Both the position numbers and the translations under genes were made by a program. The notes beneath the pieces were generated by a model. That model was given only the letters and a program-made list of their open reading frames with translations. It had not been told where the DNA came from and did not search any database. Source: Scyliorhinus canicula (Eukaryota). From it: 64,000 nt of DNA. Below, in pieces: positions 36,194 to 50,364 of this stretch. The stretch lies in contig NC_052149.1 of assembly GCF_902713615.1 (NCBI RefSeq), positions 127,475,256 to 127,539,255 of the forward strand, read 5' to 3'. The stretch's first letter is position 1. The number at the start of each line of letters is the position of its first letter.

Positions 36194-36960
36194 ACTTCCT
36201 GTGGCAGCCATGAGCTGAGCGATCGCACAAAAGGTGGCTCTCGTCCAAGAACTTGGGTTATGGCCGTTTTACCCCAACAAACGGGCACGAAAGGGGAGAA
36301 AATCCCCCGAACCCCAACCCCCCATCAACAGCAGTGCCAACCAACATGCCGAGGAACCAGCAACCCAGCCGGAAAAGCAGCAAATGAGGAGAGAGAAACC
36401 TCAGCCTTGGGGCAGATAAGCCCGCATAGCAGCACGGAACCAGCGACGGCCGCCCCCACGGAATTTCCAACGCACACTCGGGCGCTGATGGCAAAAATGA
36501 TGAGTTTCATCACCTCCAAGGTGATGACACTCAGGGAGGCAATGAAGAAGGATCTCATTGAAGTTGTGAGGGTGGCAGTGGAGGCTGCGACAGTCTCCAT
36601 TAATGAGGGTATGGGGAAAATGGAGTGAAGGTTTGTGGCCCAAGAGGTAACAACGTGAGACCTCTAGAAAGCCTCCATGGATCAGGGTGATCGGATTGCA
36701 GCACCTAGCCAAGGTGACGAGGCTGGTCAGGAGTCAGGAAGGACTGAGGGGAAAAAGTAGATGACCAGGAAAATAGATCATGTCAGCAAAACATGCGGAT
36801 CATGGGGCTACCAGAGAGCATGGAGGGGAGGAATCCCATGGAGTATTAGCAGCGATGCTCAGGAAGCTGGTTGGCGAGGAGGGCTTTGCCAAGCCCCCAG
36901 AGGTAAACTGCGCCCACAGATTGCTCCAGCAGTGGCACAAGCCTGGTCAAAAAGTTATAT
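36194..36960 (+). mobile_element. L1-clade 5' end / ORF1 fragment
   Basis: GC-rich 5' region followed by a degenerate coiled-coil ORF1 (MMSFITSKVMTLREAMKKDL...) and an N-x-RI(V)GLPE-like remnant. Confidence 0.6.
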
Positions 36961-37094
36961 CTAAATCTTTCTTGAAATTACACAACGTTTTGGCCTCAAA
37001 TTACTTTCTGCGGCCTCAAACTACTTTCTGTGGCAGTGAATTCCACAGATACACCCCTCTCTGGGTGAAGAAGTTTCTCCTCACCTGAGTCCTA

Positions 37095-38820
37095 AAGGTT
37101 GTGGGTAAAATGTTGGAAAAGGTTATAAGAGATAGGGTTTATAATCACCTTGAAAAGAACAAGTTGATTAGCGATACTCAACACGGTTTTGTGAAGGGTA
37201 GGTCATGCCTCACAAACCTTATTGAGTTTTTTGAGAAGGTGACCAAACAGGTGGATGAGGGGAAAGCGGTTGATGTGGTGTATATGGATTTCAGTAAGGC
37301 GTTTGATAAGGTTCCCCACGGTAGGCTATTGCAGAAAATACGGTAGTATGGGACTGAAGGTGATTTAGCGGTTTGGATCAGTAATTGGCTAGCTGAAAGA
37401 AGAAAGGTGGTTGATGGCAAATGTTCATCTTGGAGTTCAGTTACTAGTGGTGTACCGCAAGGATCTGTTTTGGGGCCACTGCTGTTTGTCATTTTTATAA
37501 ATGACCTGGAAGAGGGTGTAGAAGGATGGGTTAGTAAATTTGCAGATGACACGAAGGTCAGTGGAGTTGTGGATAGTGCTGAAGGATGTTATAGGTTACA
37601 GAGGGACATAGATAAGTTGCAGAGCTGGGCTGAGAGGTGGCAGATGGAGTTTAATGCGGAAAAGTGTGAGGTGGTTCACTTTGGAAGGAGTAACAGGAAT
37701 GCAGAGTACTGGGCTAATGGCAAGATTCTTGGTAGTGTAGATGAACAGAGAGATCTCGGCATCCAGGTACATAAATCCCTGAAAGTTGCCACCCAGGTTA
37801 ATAGGGCTGTTAAGAAGGTATATGGTGTGCTAGCCTTTATCAGTAGGGGGATTGAGTTTCGGAGCCACGAGGTCATGCTGCAGCTGTACAAAACTCTGTT
37901 GCGGCCGCACCTGGAGTACTGCGTGCAGTTCTGGTCACCACATTATAGGAGGGATGTGGAAGCATTGGAAAGGGTGTAGAGGAGATTTACTAGGATGTTG
38001 CCTGGTATGGAGGGAAGGTCTTACGAGGAAAGGCTCAGGGACTTGACGTTGTTTTCGTTAGAGAGGAGAAGGCTGAGAGGTGCCTTCCTAGAGACATAGA
38101 ACATAGAACAGTACAGCACAGAACAGGCCCTTCAGCCCTCGATGTTGTGCCGAACAATGATCACCCTACTTAAACCCTACGTAACCCGTATACCCGTAAC
38201 CCAACAATCCCCCCCATTAACCTTACACTACGGGCAATTTAGCATGGCCAATCCACCTAACCCGCACATCTTTGGACTGTGGGAGGAAACCGGAGCACCC
38301 GGAGGAAACCCACGCACACACGGGGAGGACGTGCAGACTCCACACAGACAGTGACCCAGCCGGGAATCGAACCTGGGACCCTGGAGCTGTGAAGCATTGA
38401 TGCTAACCACCATGCTACCGTGAGGCCCCTGCTACCGTGAGGCCCCTAAGATAGTCATATAAGATAGTCAGAGGGTTAGATAGGGTGGATAGTGAGAGTC
38501 TCTTTCCTCGGATGGGGATGACCAACACGAGGGGACATAGCTTTAAATTGAGGGGTGGTAGATATAGGACAGATGTCAGAGGCAGTTTCTTTACTCTAGA
38601 GAGTAGTAGGGGTGTGGAACGCCCTGCCTGCAACAGTAGTAGACTCGCCAAATTTAAGGGCATTTAAGTGGTCACTGGATAGACATATGGATGAAAATGG
38701 AATAGTGTAGGTCAGATAGGCTTCAGATGGTTTCACAGGTCGGCGCAACATCGAGGGCCGAAGGGCCCGTACTGCGCTGTAATGTTCTATGTTCTATGTT
38801 ATCCCTTATCCTCAAACTAT
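37095..38820 (+). mobile_element. CR1 LINE RT with a nested minus-strand young SINE (38092-38421)
   Basis: [32 protein letters not shown] and FADDTK motifs. Tail TGTTCTATGTTCTATG at about 38803-38818. Confidence 0.92.
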
Positions 38821-39485
38821 GACCACTAAATCTGGACTCCCCCACCATCGGGAACGTTCTTTCTGAATCTACCCTATCTAATCCTATTAGAATCTTGTAA
38901 GTTTCTATGGGATCCCTTCTCACTCTTCTAAACTCCATTGAGTATAATCCTAACCGACTTTGCCTCTCCTCATATGGCAGTCCTGCCATCCCACGAATCA
39001 GCCTGGTAAACCTTCGCTGCACTCCCTCCATAGTAAGAACATCCTTCCTCAGATAAGGACACCAAAACTGCACACAATACTCTAGGTGTGGCCTCACCAA
39101 TGTCCTATACAATTGCATCTCTATTCCTGTAAATCCCGCTGAAGCATCTCTGTATCCTCCTCACAGCTCACCCTCACATCCAACTTTGTATCATCTGCAA
39201 ATTTGGAGATAATACATTTATTAAGTTCCCTTGTCCAAATAGTTCATATATAATGTGAACAGTTGGGGTCCTAGCACAGATCCCTGTGATACCCCACTGG
39301 TCACTGCCTGCCAATCAGAAAAAGACCCATTTATTCCAACTTTTGCTTCCTGTCTGCTAATCAGCTTTCTATCCATCTCAAGACACTACCCATAATTCCA
39401 TGCGCTTTACCTTTACATATGAATCTGCTATGTGAGGCCTTGTTGAAAGTCTAAATAAACCACATCCACCGGTTCTCCCTGGTCA
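38820..39485 (-). mobile_element. CR1 LINE fragment
   Basis: ORF 38723-39118: LYRTLVRPHLEYCVQFW. Confidence 0.85.
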
Positions 39486-40356
39486 ACCCATGGAGGTTCA
39501 ACCGCCCAAGGGAAACAGAGTTATTCTTCTTCTCCCATGTGCACATGGCCTACTCTCGTACAGACATTTACATCATAGGGAAAATGGTGCTTCCAGGGGA
39601 AGTGAGGGCGGAATACTCCGCAATCGTAATCTCCCACCTCGCACCGTACTACATGGACATGAGGTTGAAGAAGGCCGGCCCAACGCCCACCATGGAGGCT
39701 GGATACAGCCCTCCTCATCGATAAGGAATTCTGTACAAAAATATCCCAAGCCATTGCGATTACGTAACCTGCAATCATAATGGGGGGGGGGAAATAATAG
39801 CTTATTTTCCCTTAGGGAAAAGAAGAAGAGGATAACCAGGCAGCGGTTGACTGACTCCATACTGCATGTGAATCGGCGGTACTCCGCGGCCCCAACTGTG
39901 GAACTGCTGGTGAGGAGGAAAAAGGTTAAATGGAATTAGATCTGCTCTACACGGGGAAAGCAGTCCACCAGCTCCGCCAGTCACAGGGGCCGATTCACAA
40001 ACATGGAGACAAGGCCAGCCACATGCTGGCGCATCAACTAAGGAAGCAGGATGCTGCGAAAGAAATAGTGCAAGTCAGGGACAGGAATGGTAGGATGGCT
40101 GCGGTCCCAAATAAGGTTAATGAAGCTGTTGCAAATATTTATTGAGTCCTGTACATCTCGATATGGACTGGATATACTGGTGGTGGGGAGAACAAGAAGC
40201 AAGGTCTGAAAGCACCGCTAGGGTTGGATGAGATCATGGAATGCATTAATTCCATGCAGTCAGGGAGGGCGCCAGGACCAGATGGGTTCCCGGTAGACTT
40301 TTGCAACAGTGCTAGCCCTGCACCTGTGGGAGATGTTCAATGATTCACAGTCGAAA

Positions 40357-41712
40357 TGGGAAGAGGAGCTGGGTGAGGAGATTGAGGGGGGGACGTGGGC
40401 GGACGCCCTGGAGGGAGTGAATTCCTCCTCTTCCTGTGCGAGGCTCAGCCTCATACAGTTCAAGGTGCTGCACAGGGCCCACATGACTGGGACAAGGATG
40501 AGTAGGTTTTTCGGGGGCGAAGACAGGTGTGCTAGGTGCTCGGGGAGCCCAGCGAACCATGCCCATATGTTCTGGGCATGCCCAGTGCTGGGAGAATTTT
40601 GGAAGGGGGTAGCAAGGACGGTGTCGAGGGTGGTAGGATCTAGGGTCAAGCCAGGCTGGGGACTCGCAGTTTTTGGGGTTGCAGTGGAGCCGGGAGTGCA
40701 GGAAGCGAAAGAGGCCGGTGTTCTGGCCTGTGTAGACCATAAGACCATAAGACATAGGAGTGGAAGTAAGGCCATTCGGCCCATCGAGTCCACTCCGCCA
40801 TTCAATCATGGCTGATGGGCATTTCAACTCCACTTACCAGCATTCTCCCCGTAGCCCTTAATTCCTCGCGACATCAAGAATTTATCTATCTCTGCCTTGA
40901 AGCCATTTAGCGTCCCGGCCTCCACTGCACTCCGCGGCAATGAATTCCACAGGCCCACCACTCTCTGGCTGAAGAAATGTCTCCGCATTTCTGTTCTAAG
41001 GCTGTGCCCACGGGTCCTCGTCTCCACGCCTAACGGAAACAGTTTCCTTGCGTCCACCCTTTCTAAGCCATGTATTATCTTGTAAGTTTCTATTAGATCT
41101 CCCCTTAACCTTCTAAACTCCAATGAATACAATCCCAGGATCCTCAGCCGTTCATCATATGTTAGACCCGCCATTCCAGGGATCATCCGTGTGAATCTCC
41201 GCTGGACACGCTCCAGTGCCAGTATGTCCTTCCTGAGATGTGGGGCCCAAAACTGGACACAGTACTCCAAATGGGGCCTAACCAGAGCCTTATAAAGGCT
41301 CAGTAGCACATCGCTGCTTTTATATTCCAACCCTCTTGAGATAAATGACAACATTGCATTCGCTTTCTTAATCACAGATTCAACCTGCATGTTTACCTTT
41401 AGGGAATCCTCAACTAGCACTCCCAGATCCCTTTGTACTTTGGCATTATGAATTTTCTCACCGTTTAGAAAGTAGTCTATGCTTGGATTCTTTTTTCCAA
41501 AGTGCAAGACCTCACATTTTAAATGTACATGGGTTTGTGGGATGTGGCGGGTGTTATCTCTTTCCCTTTTGTTGGGTGGGTGTTCTTTTGTTTGTAGTTG
41601 CGTTTGAAGATGGGTGGGTGTTGTTCTTGGGGTGTTACCGCAGTTGTTTTGTTAATATAGTTGAGATGTTTATATTTTGTAAAAATTTCAATAAAAATTA
41701 TTTTTAAAAAAA
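40357..41712 (+). mobile_element. Younger L1 3' fragment inserted in the old L1, with an 18-bp TSD
   Basis: KWEEELGEEIE...WACP segment nearly identical in protein to 13810-14180. AATAAA plus A-tail near 41690. TSD AATGATTC(A/C)CAGTCGAAA at 40339-40356 and 41713-41730. Confidence 0.85.
40730..41518 (-). mobile_element. Young 5'-truncated CR1 nested in the younger L1
   Basis: Open 227-aa RT C-terminus (ORF 40824-41507) and a (CTTATGGT)n tail. Confidence 0.92.
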
Positions 41713-44255
41713 AATGATTCCCAGTCGAAAGGGGCCCTGCCTTCCACGCTGGCACAGACCTCGATCTCACTGATTCCCCCATAAAAAGACAAGGACCTGA
41801 CAGAGTGTGGATCATACAGACCGGTCACTCTTTTAAACACTGACGCTAAAGTCCTGGTGAAGCACTGTCGATGCGCCTAGAGGGTTACTTGCCAGAAGTG
41901 ATCGCGGAAGATCAGATTGGGTTCGTTAACAGCAAACAGTTGAATGTAATAATGACCCCATCGGGGAGGAGACACCAGAAGTGGTCGTCTCCCTGGACAC
42001 CGAGAAAGTCTTTGATCGAGCAGAATGGAGGTACCACATGGAGATGCTTGAATGGTTTGATTTGGAGGAGGGTTCACCACGTGGGTGAAACCTCTGGACA
42101 ACTCTCCCATGGCGAGCGTGTGGCCAAACACCACCAGCACCGAATACTTTCAGCTATACAGGGAAACGAGGCTGGGGTGCCCATTATCCCCACTTGTGTT
42201 CACACTGGCAATTGAGCAACTGGCAATTGCTCTTAGATTGCAGAGCAGTGGACAGGTATTTGAAGAGGGGGCAGGGAGCACAGAGTTCCACCCAATGCAG
42301 ATGACCTGTTCCTCTAGGTCGAACCTCCTGGCCAGCATAGGAAAGATAACGGAACTCCTTAGAGAGTTTGATGCCTTCTCAAGTTACAAACGCAAACTGG
42401 GGAAAAGCGAAATCTTCCCGGTGAGCCCCTGAGGGGGTGCAGCGGAGCTGGAGGAACTACTGTTTAAGATGACCCGCGCCAAGCTCAGGTACCTGGGCAT
42501 AGAGGTAGCTCACAACTGGGTAAGGCTCCACAAGTGGAACCACTGCTGCCTGGCGGAGGAGGTGAAGAGGGACCTACAAAGATGGGACTCACTTCGGAAG
42601 GGTACAGACGATTAAGATGAAAATGCTGCCCCGATTCCTCTTCATATTCAGGTCGCTCCCGATCAACATACCAAAATCACTTTTCACTAGGTTTTTAAAA
42701 ATAAATTTAGAGTACCCAATTATTTCTTTGCCCCAATTAAGGGGCCATTTTCCGTGGCCTATCCAACTAACCTGCACATCTTTGGGTTGTGGGGGTGAAA
42801 CCCACTCAGACATGGGGAGAATGAGCAAACTCCACACAGGCAGTGACCCAGGGCCGGGATTTGAACCTGGGTCCTCAGCGCTGCAGTCCCAGTGCTAACC
42901 ACTGACCCACATGCCGCCTCCTCACCAGGGTTTATAGCTAATCATGGCCTTTGTCTGGAGGGGGGAGAAAGAGTCATATATGGCCGACTCATGGAAAAGG
43001 TCAGCATCCCACTGAACGAAATGTGACAGAAATGGGGGGAGGAGGTGGGAATGTAGATGGGGGAGGACTCTGGGTCGAGGCACTGCACAGGATCAACTCC
43101 ACCTCATCATGCGCAGGGCTAAGTCTGGTGCAGATCAAGGTAGGGCACTGAGCACACCTAACCAAAAAAAGGATGAGTGGATTCTTCCCGGAGATGGAGG
43201 ACAAGTGTGAGCGGTGTCGGGCGGACTGGCAAACCATACCCACATGTTCTAGTCCTGCCCCAAACTCAATGTTTTCTGGATAGCCATGTCCAGGGTTGTG
43301 GTGGTTAAGATGGAGCCAGGTCATCAGGGTGTCAGAACATCCAGAGCTTTTCACAGGGAAAGGGGAGGACACCCTGGCCTTCGCCTCTCTGATCGCCCAG
43401 TGGAGACCTCTGCTAGGATGGAAGTTGACAGCGCCACCCAGAGCCTCGGAATGGCTCTCAGATCTGGCTGAATTCCTGAAACCAGAAAAAATAAAATCTC
43501 AATCAGGGGGTCTGAGGGGCTATGGCAGCATGGTGGCGCAGTGGTTAGCACTGCCATCTCATGGCGCCGAGGACCTCGGTTCGATCCTGGCCCCAGGTCA
43601 CTGTCCGTGCGGAGTTTGCGCATTCTCCCTGTGCCTGCATGGGTCTCACTCACATAACACAAAAGATGTGCAGGGAAGGTGGATTGGCCATGCTAAATTT
43701 CCCCTGAATTGGAAAAAAAGAATTGGGTACTTTAAACTTATTTTTAAAAAGGTGGTCCGAGGGGAGATGCCACGACATGTGGAGAAGGTTTACCAACCTT
43801 TTCGAGGATGGGGGGACGGACCGCCTGGGAGAAGGGAAGGACATGCAGGACAGAGTGGAGTGATGGGGAGGAAGGCCCTATGCCTGGAGGGACACAGGCC
43901 CTACCACACGTAAAGAACCAGGGAGGCAGAACATCCTACTTATCCTCTAAAATCAACGGTTCAACATGACTTTTCCTGTCAAGATAAACGTAAATAAAAT
44001 GTTCTCTTTGTAACTATGTACAGGGAAACATGTTTATGAGGACTGTGGTCACAGACGCGGTGACAACATGGGATATAAATGTTGTGATGTGGTTGTTGTT
44101 GTTCTGTTTTATTTCCTCTTTATTTATGTGTTGTGTAAATTTTGATATTAAGTGTTAAAATTCCATTTAAAATACTTTTCAAAAGAATACACTGACACTT
44201 TAAACACAATCTGCTCACCTTCAATCTGGCAGAACATGCAGAATGTTTAAACTTA

Positions 44256-44402
<147 letters not shown>

Positions 44403-44516
44403 TCAAACAATATAAACAAGGATTGGGTCTCCCTCCCTAACTCTCCCGAAACCCGGGTTTCCCTCCTTCCCTCTCCCAGAGCCCGGGTCTCCCTCCCTCT
44501 CCCAGAGTCCAGTGCC

Positions 44517-45115
44517 GGGATTATCTGTGCCTCCATGCTGCAATAGTATGGACGTCAGACCCTCGGTCGGGTCCGACACTGCTCCTGTGATTATCCGGAG
44601 AATCGGCGGCAATCGCATGCGCGGTCGACGCGGTGCTGGTTGGGGGCCATTTACAGAGGCCGCCGCGGCGATTCTCCGCCGACAACTGGCCGAGTTCCCG
44701 CTGGCGTGGTTCACTCATGGTTCCACCCGGCGGGAGCTCAGAGTGGAGTCTGCGGACTAAGTTGCGGCCGCCCTGGTAGGGGGCGTGGGGGATCCGTCAC
44801 GGGGGGGGGGGGGGGGGGGGGGGCTCCAGGACAGCCAAGCTCGCGATTGGGGACCGCAGATCAGCGGGCACTCGCGATCTCGGGGGGGGGGTCTATATTG
44901 TCGGGGCCGGTCCGCAGGCAGTTGCCGCGCGCATGCGCAGACCCCCGGCCGGAAGTGCAGGGCCCCGTATCGGCAGCCGGAACTGCAAGCCCTACTCCGG
45001 GGCCCTGCAAAATGGAGAATCACTCTGGACTTTCTCCAGGAGAGTCAGAGTGATTCGCGCCCATTTTCCCCGCAGGTGTTGGTCCATAGCCCCATTATCA
45101 GAGAATTCCACCCCT
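44517..45115. mobile_element. GC/CpG-rich MITE-like element inserted in a CCCTCTCCCAGAG minisatellite
   Basis: Related to 52808-53349, with a degenerate TIR (...GAGAATTCCACCC). The same short repeat occurs on both flanks. Confidence 0.6.
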
Positions 45116-45211
45116 GATCTCCCTCCCTCCAGCCTTCCTCTCCCGTAGCTTCCTCCAGCTCTCTCCCGGAGCCCAGGCCTCCGTCCCTCTCCCAGAGCTC
45201 GGGTCCCGCTA

Positions 45212-45424
<213 letters not shown>

Positions 45425-45543
45425 TCATCTGACATTCCAGCACTTTACCCAATCTCCGGGGTGAATGCACCTTGCTATTGGTGTAGAATTTCATTCAATC
45501 CAAGACTCCTAAGCAGTCATCATGAACCAGACCCAGCTTTCTA

Positions 45544-46185
<642 letters not shown>

Positions 46186-46552
46186 TCAGCCAACAGCAAA
46201 GGATTCATCTGCAGGGTTCCTCAGCAGGACCCAGCTATGGAGCCTGGAACACCTCACCCCAGTCGCAGAACCGAGGCCTCAGCCAGAGTCACAGGCTTCC
46301 TTCCCTCCCTCCACTCCACGTCACGTGGCCTGGGTACAGAGACAACTGCATCTTTAAATATGTCTCGTTGAAGGTCATGGAGGAGTGAAGCTGTCCTTGA
46401 GGGCATTGGAGGTCTTGTGACCATGGGTTGTGTGGTCTCAAGGAAGCTGCTCGTTGTAGAATGGCATCAGCAGCAAAGCAGTGGAGACAGAGGTTGTGGA
46501 ACAGAATGATAAGGACACCCAGCAGCAGATGACAAAGAAAATACTGTGCAAT

Positions 46553-46843
46553 ACGGGTGGCACAGTGGTTAGCACTGCTGCCTCACAGCGCCAGGGTCGC
46601 GGGTTCAGTTCCAACCTCGGATGACGGTCTATGTGGAGTTTTCACGTTCTCCCCATGCCTGCGTGGGCTTCCTCGAGGTGCTCCGATTTCCTCCCACAGT
46701 CCAAAGATGTGCAGGGTACATGGAGTCACGGGGATAGGACAGGGGAGTGGGCCCAGTTAGGGTGCTCAGTCAGAGGGTTGGGCTGCACCCAATGGGCCGA
46801 ATGGCCTCCTCCTGCACTGTAGGGATTCTATAGATTCTTCTAT
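46553..46843 (+). mobile_element. tRNA-derived SINE
   Basis: Family head and core. Confidence 0.8.
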
Positions 46844-47254
46844 GAAAACACACAATAATGGAACATGGTACAGAGAGAGGGAACCTCAGAGAGACAACAA
46901 AACCACAGAGACACAAATATACTGAGAGCAACAGAGAAGTGATGGTCAGGTGATGCAGTCACTCTATAATAGATAAGATGAGAGAAGTGAACCTGTTCAC
47001 AGTAGTCAGCGCAGCCAGGGTGCAAAGGATAAAGGGAAAAAGATCAGAGGGAGTGGGGTAAATGGAAGGGACAGACAGAGCAACAAGAGAAATGAGGGAG
47101 TTAGAATTTCAGAGCAAAACAGAGACGGAGCTGGCTGGAGAAAGAAAATAGCAATGAAACAGATAGCAAGACACAGAGAAAAGGGGTTCAGGAATAGGAG
47201 ATACTGTAGAATAGAGAGGGGGTGAGAGACTGTGGGACAGAGAGACTGCAGGAC

Positions 47255-47296
<42 letters not shown>

Positions 47297-47586
47297 ACTG
47301 TGGGATAAAGAGCAGGAGAGAGACTGCATGATAGAGAGGGAGACTCCGGAATAAAGAGAGACAGACTGCGAGGTAGAGAGATGGAGAAAGAGAGAGATGA
47401 AGGCTGCAGGATAGGGAGAGACACCACAGGATCGGGGGGTGGGGGAGAGAGACTGTGAGACAGAGAGGAAGAGAGAGGGAGACTGTGGGATAAAGGAGGG
47501 AGAAACTGTGGGGTAGAAGGGGTGAGAGAAACCGTGGGGTCGAGAGAGAGCTACAGAGAGAGGCAGACTACGGGATCGACAGAGAG

Positions 47587-47783
47587 AGAGAGAGCCTGCA
47601 GGATAGAATTAAATGAAAATCGCTTATTGTCACGAGTAGGCTTCAATGAAGTTACTGTGAAAAGCCCCTAGTCGCCACATTCCGGCGCCTGTTCGGAGAG
47701 GCTGGTACGGGAATTGAACCGTTCTGCTGGCCTGCCTTGGTCTGCTTTGAAAGCCAGCGATTTAGCCCAGTGTGCTAAACCAG
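47587..47783 (-). mobile_element. Short SINE (second family) inside a GA-rich tract (about 47200-47810)
   Basis: Reverse complement of the 35673 element. Confidence 0.8.
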
Positions 47784-48879
47784 AGAGAGGGAGAGAGAAA
47801 GATTGCAAGATTCCAGGCAACCCAAACAGGCAACTCCCAAATCCCTACATTTTGTTTTTACCCTTGGTGAGAAACTTCAGTAGGAGTTAGCAATACCTCA
47901 CCATGTGAAAGGGACTGTATATCCCATTTGGCGGCTACTGATTGGAAGCAGCACAGTGTTTACTGTCTAAGACTCATACTAAATATCATCTTTAAATTTA
48001 AGGTATCAGGCTTTTCTCAAACAAATAAACCACTGATTGCAACCACAGGAGCTGATCTAATCTTTTAGAAATGTCCTTACTGTTAATATTTATTAATCTT
48101 TCTTGATTATAAACCCATGTCTGCCGATCTTTTTATGAGGTTCTTCAACTAACTGCCTTTCCCCAGGGATCTCGCTAAACATAGAATCCCTATAGTGGAG
48201 AAGGAGGTCATTCAGTCCATTGAGTCTGCACCGACCCTCTGAAAGAGCATCCTACTTATCCCCACGTCCTCACCCTCGCCCCACCTAACGTTTTGGACAT
48301 GAAGGGGCAAATTTAGCGTGGCCAATCCTAACCTGTTTGTCTTTAATATTCCACAACAAAGTGACAAAGAGATTTTGAATATAAAGACACTGAAATTTAA
48401 AAAGGAGTTGTCAGTCAAACACAAACCAAACCAATCCTTGAGGCGATCACATCTACTGTACATAGTACAGTTGACGGGTCTGCCCATATACAATCCCAAT
48501 GCAGTACAGAGGCAGTGCTGCGCTGTCAGAGGTGACGTTCATCTGAAGAGGTGAAGTAGAAGCAAATGTCTGCCATCATGGACAGATGTCGAAGATCCCA
48601 TGAAACTATGTTGAAGAAGGGCAGGGGAGTTCTCCCAGCGTCTGATCAATATTTATCCCTCAACCAACACCAACAGAACAAATTATCTGGTCATTACCTC
48701 AGTTCTCTTATGGGATCTGACTGTGCAGAAATTAATTACTTGCTGCATTTCCTGCAGTACAGGTTCAAAAGCACATCATTGATATAAAATGCTTTCGGCC
48801 AATCTGAAGTCACGAAATAAGCTATTTAAATGCCAGCTTTTGCTTCACAGTTCCTACTGGGTTTTTGACATTAACCAAT

Positions 48880-49690
48880 CATAGCCAGAGAATTAACTGC
48901 AATGGCTTCTCTTCCCATACTGTTACCTCAGGTGCCCCCCCCCCCATCCCCCCCCCACCCCCCTCCCCAGGATCAATCCTTAGCCCCTTCCTATTTCTCA
49001 TCTACAAGCCGTCCCATGGTGACTTCACCCAAAAAAAACTATCACTTATCACTCCACTTATGCGCTGACACCCAGCTCTATCTCACTGTCACATCACTTG
49101 TTGCGGTCTCAAAATGATCAGATTGCTTATTTGGCTAACATCCAGTGCTGGTTGAGTAGAAATTTCCTCCAATTAAATATTAGGAAGTCCCAGCTCATCG
49201 GCTGCAGAAACCCTCATCCATGTCTCCGTTACCTCTGGACGTGACTATTCCAATACACTCCTGGCTGCTCTCCCACATCCTACCCTCCGGAAACATGAGC
49301 TCATCCAAAACTCTGGTGTCTCAGTCTGAACTCTCACCAAGTCCCATTCCCCTATCACCCCCTGTACTCACTGACCCACATTGACTCCTGGTCAAGCAAT
49401 GTCTTATTTTTAAATTCTCATCCATGTCCTCGCCCCTCCCTATCACAACCCTCCGAGATATCTGCGCTCCTCTAATTCTGGCCTCTTGTACATTCCTGAT
49501 CAGAATCGCTCTACCATTGGTGGCTGTGCCTTCAGCTGCCTGGTCTCCAAGCTCTGGAATTCCCTCCCTAAACCCCTCCTTCTCCCCATCTGATCTTTCT
49601 CCTTTAAGATTAAAACCTAACTTTTTCACCACAATCTTGGTCGCCTCCTCTACCATCACCGTATGTGGCTTGGTGTCAGATATTATTTGA
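48880..49690 (+). mobile_element. L2-type LINE 3' fragment
   Basis: PQDQSLAPSYFSST and YADDTQLY-like remnants, followed by the typical GGCTGTGCCTTCAGCTGCC...CTCTGGAATTCCCTCCC tail. Confidence 0.75.
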
Positions 49691-49699
49691 TGATGTTGA

Positions 49700-50319
49700 T
49701 GTTAGGAATGGCATTAAACAGGAAATTAGAGATGAATGCTATAAAGAAATATCTGTATTTAATCTGCATATAGATTGGGCAAATCAAATTCATAACAGTA
49801 GCATAGAGTAGACATTCCTGGAGTGTATATGGGATGATTTTCTGGACCAATATGTTGAAGAATCAACTAGAGAACAGGCTATCCTAGACTGGGTACTATG
49901 CAATGCGAAGTGGATAACTGACAATCTAGTTGTGCAAGGCCCCTTGGGGATGTGCGACTATATTATGGTAGAATTCTTCATCAAAATGGACAGTGACGTA
50001 GTTGATTCTGAATCTAGGGACCTGAATCTAAAGTAAACTACAATGGCAAGATACATGAGTTGGCTATGATGGATTGGGGAACATTACTTAAAGGGATGAC
50101 AGTGGATAGGCAATGGCAAACATTCAAAGAGCACATGGAGGAACTGCAACAATATTTTGTTCCTGCCTGGTGCAAAAGTAAAGTGGGAAAACCATGGCTT
50201 ACATGGGAAATTAGAGAAAGTATTAGAGCCAAGGAAGAGGCATACAAGTTGGCCAGGAAATACAGCAATCTGAGAATTGGGAACAGTTTGGAATTCAGCA
50301 AAAAAAGACCAAGGGAACG

Positions 50320-50364
<45 letters not shown>

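Larger units (their letters stand above)
39485..43915 (+). mobile_element. Old, degenerate L1-clade ORF2 hosting nested insertions
   Basis: Colinear remnants: AEYSAIVISHLAP, HGDKASHMLAHQLRKQDAAK, GRAPGPDGFP, YRETRLGCPLSP, MKMLPRFLFIFRSLPI, INSTSSCAGLSLVQIKV. SINEs at 42684-42917 (-) and 43521-43748 (+). Confidence 0.85.

Noticed and set aside
46940-47050. Pyrimidine tract plus AACAG on the minus strand as an extra RABGAP1L exon
   Set aside because: No recognisable peptide and no matching donor could be assigned.
50322-50363. Very long G homopolymer (also C/G runs at about 342-365, 14394-14420 and 44801-44823)
   Set aside because: Homopolymer expansions inside repeats; the lengths are unreliable in assemblies and carry no specific signal.
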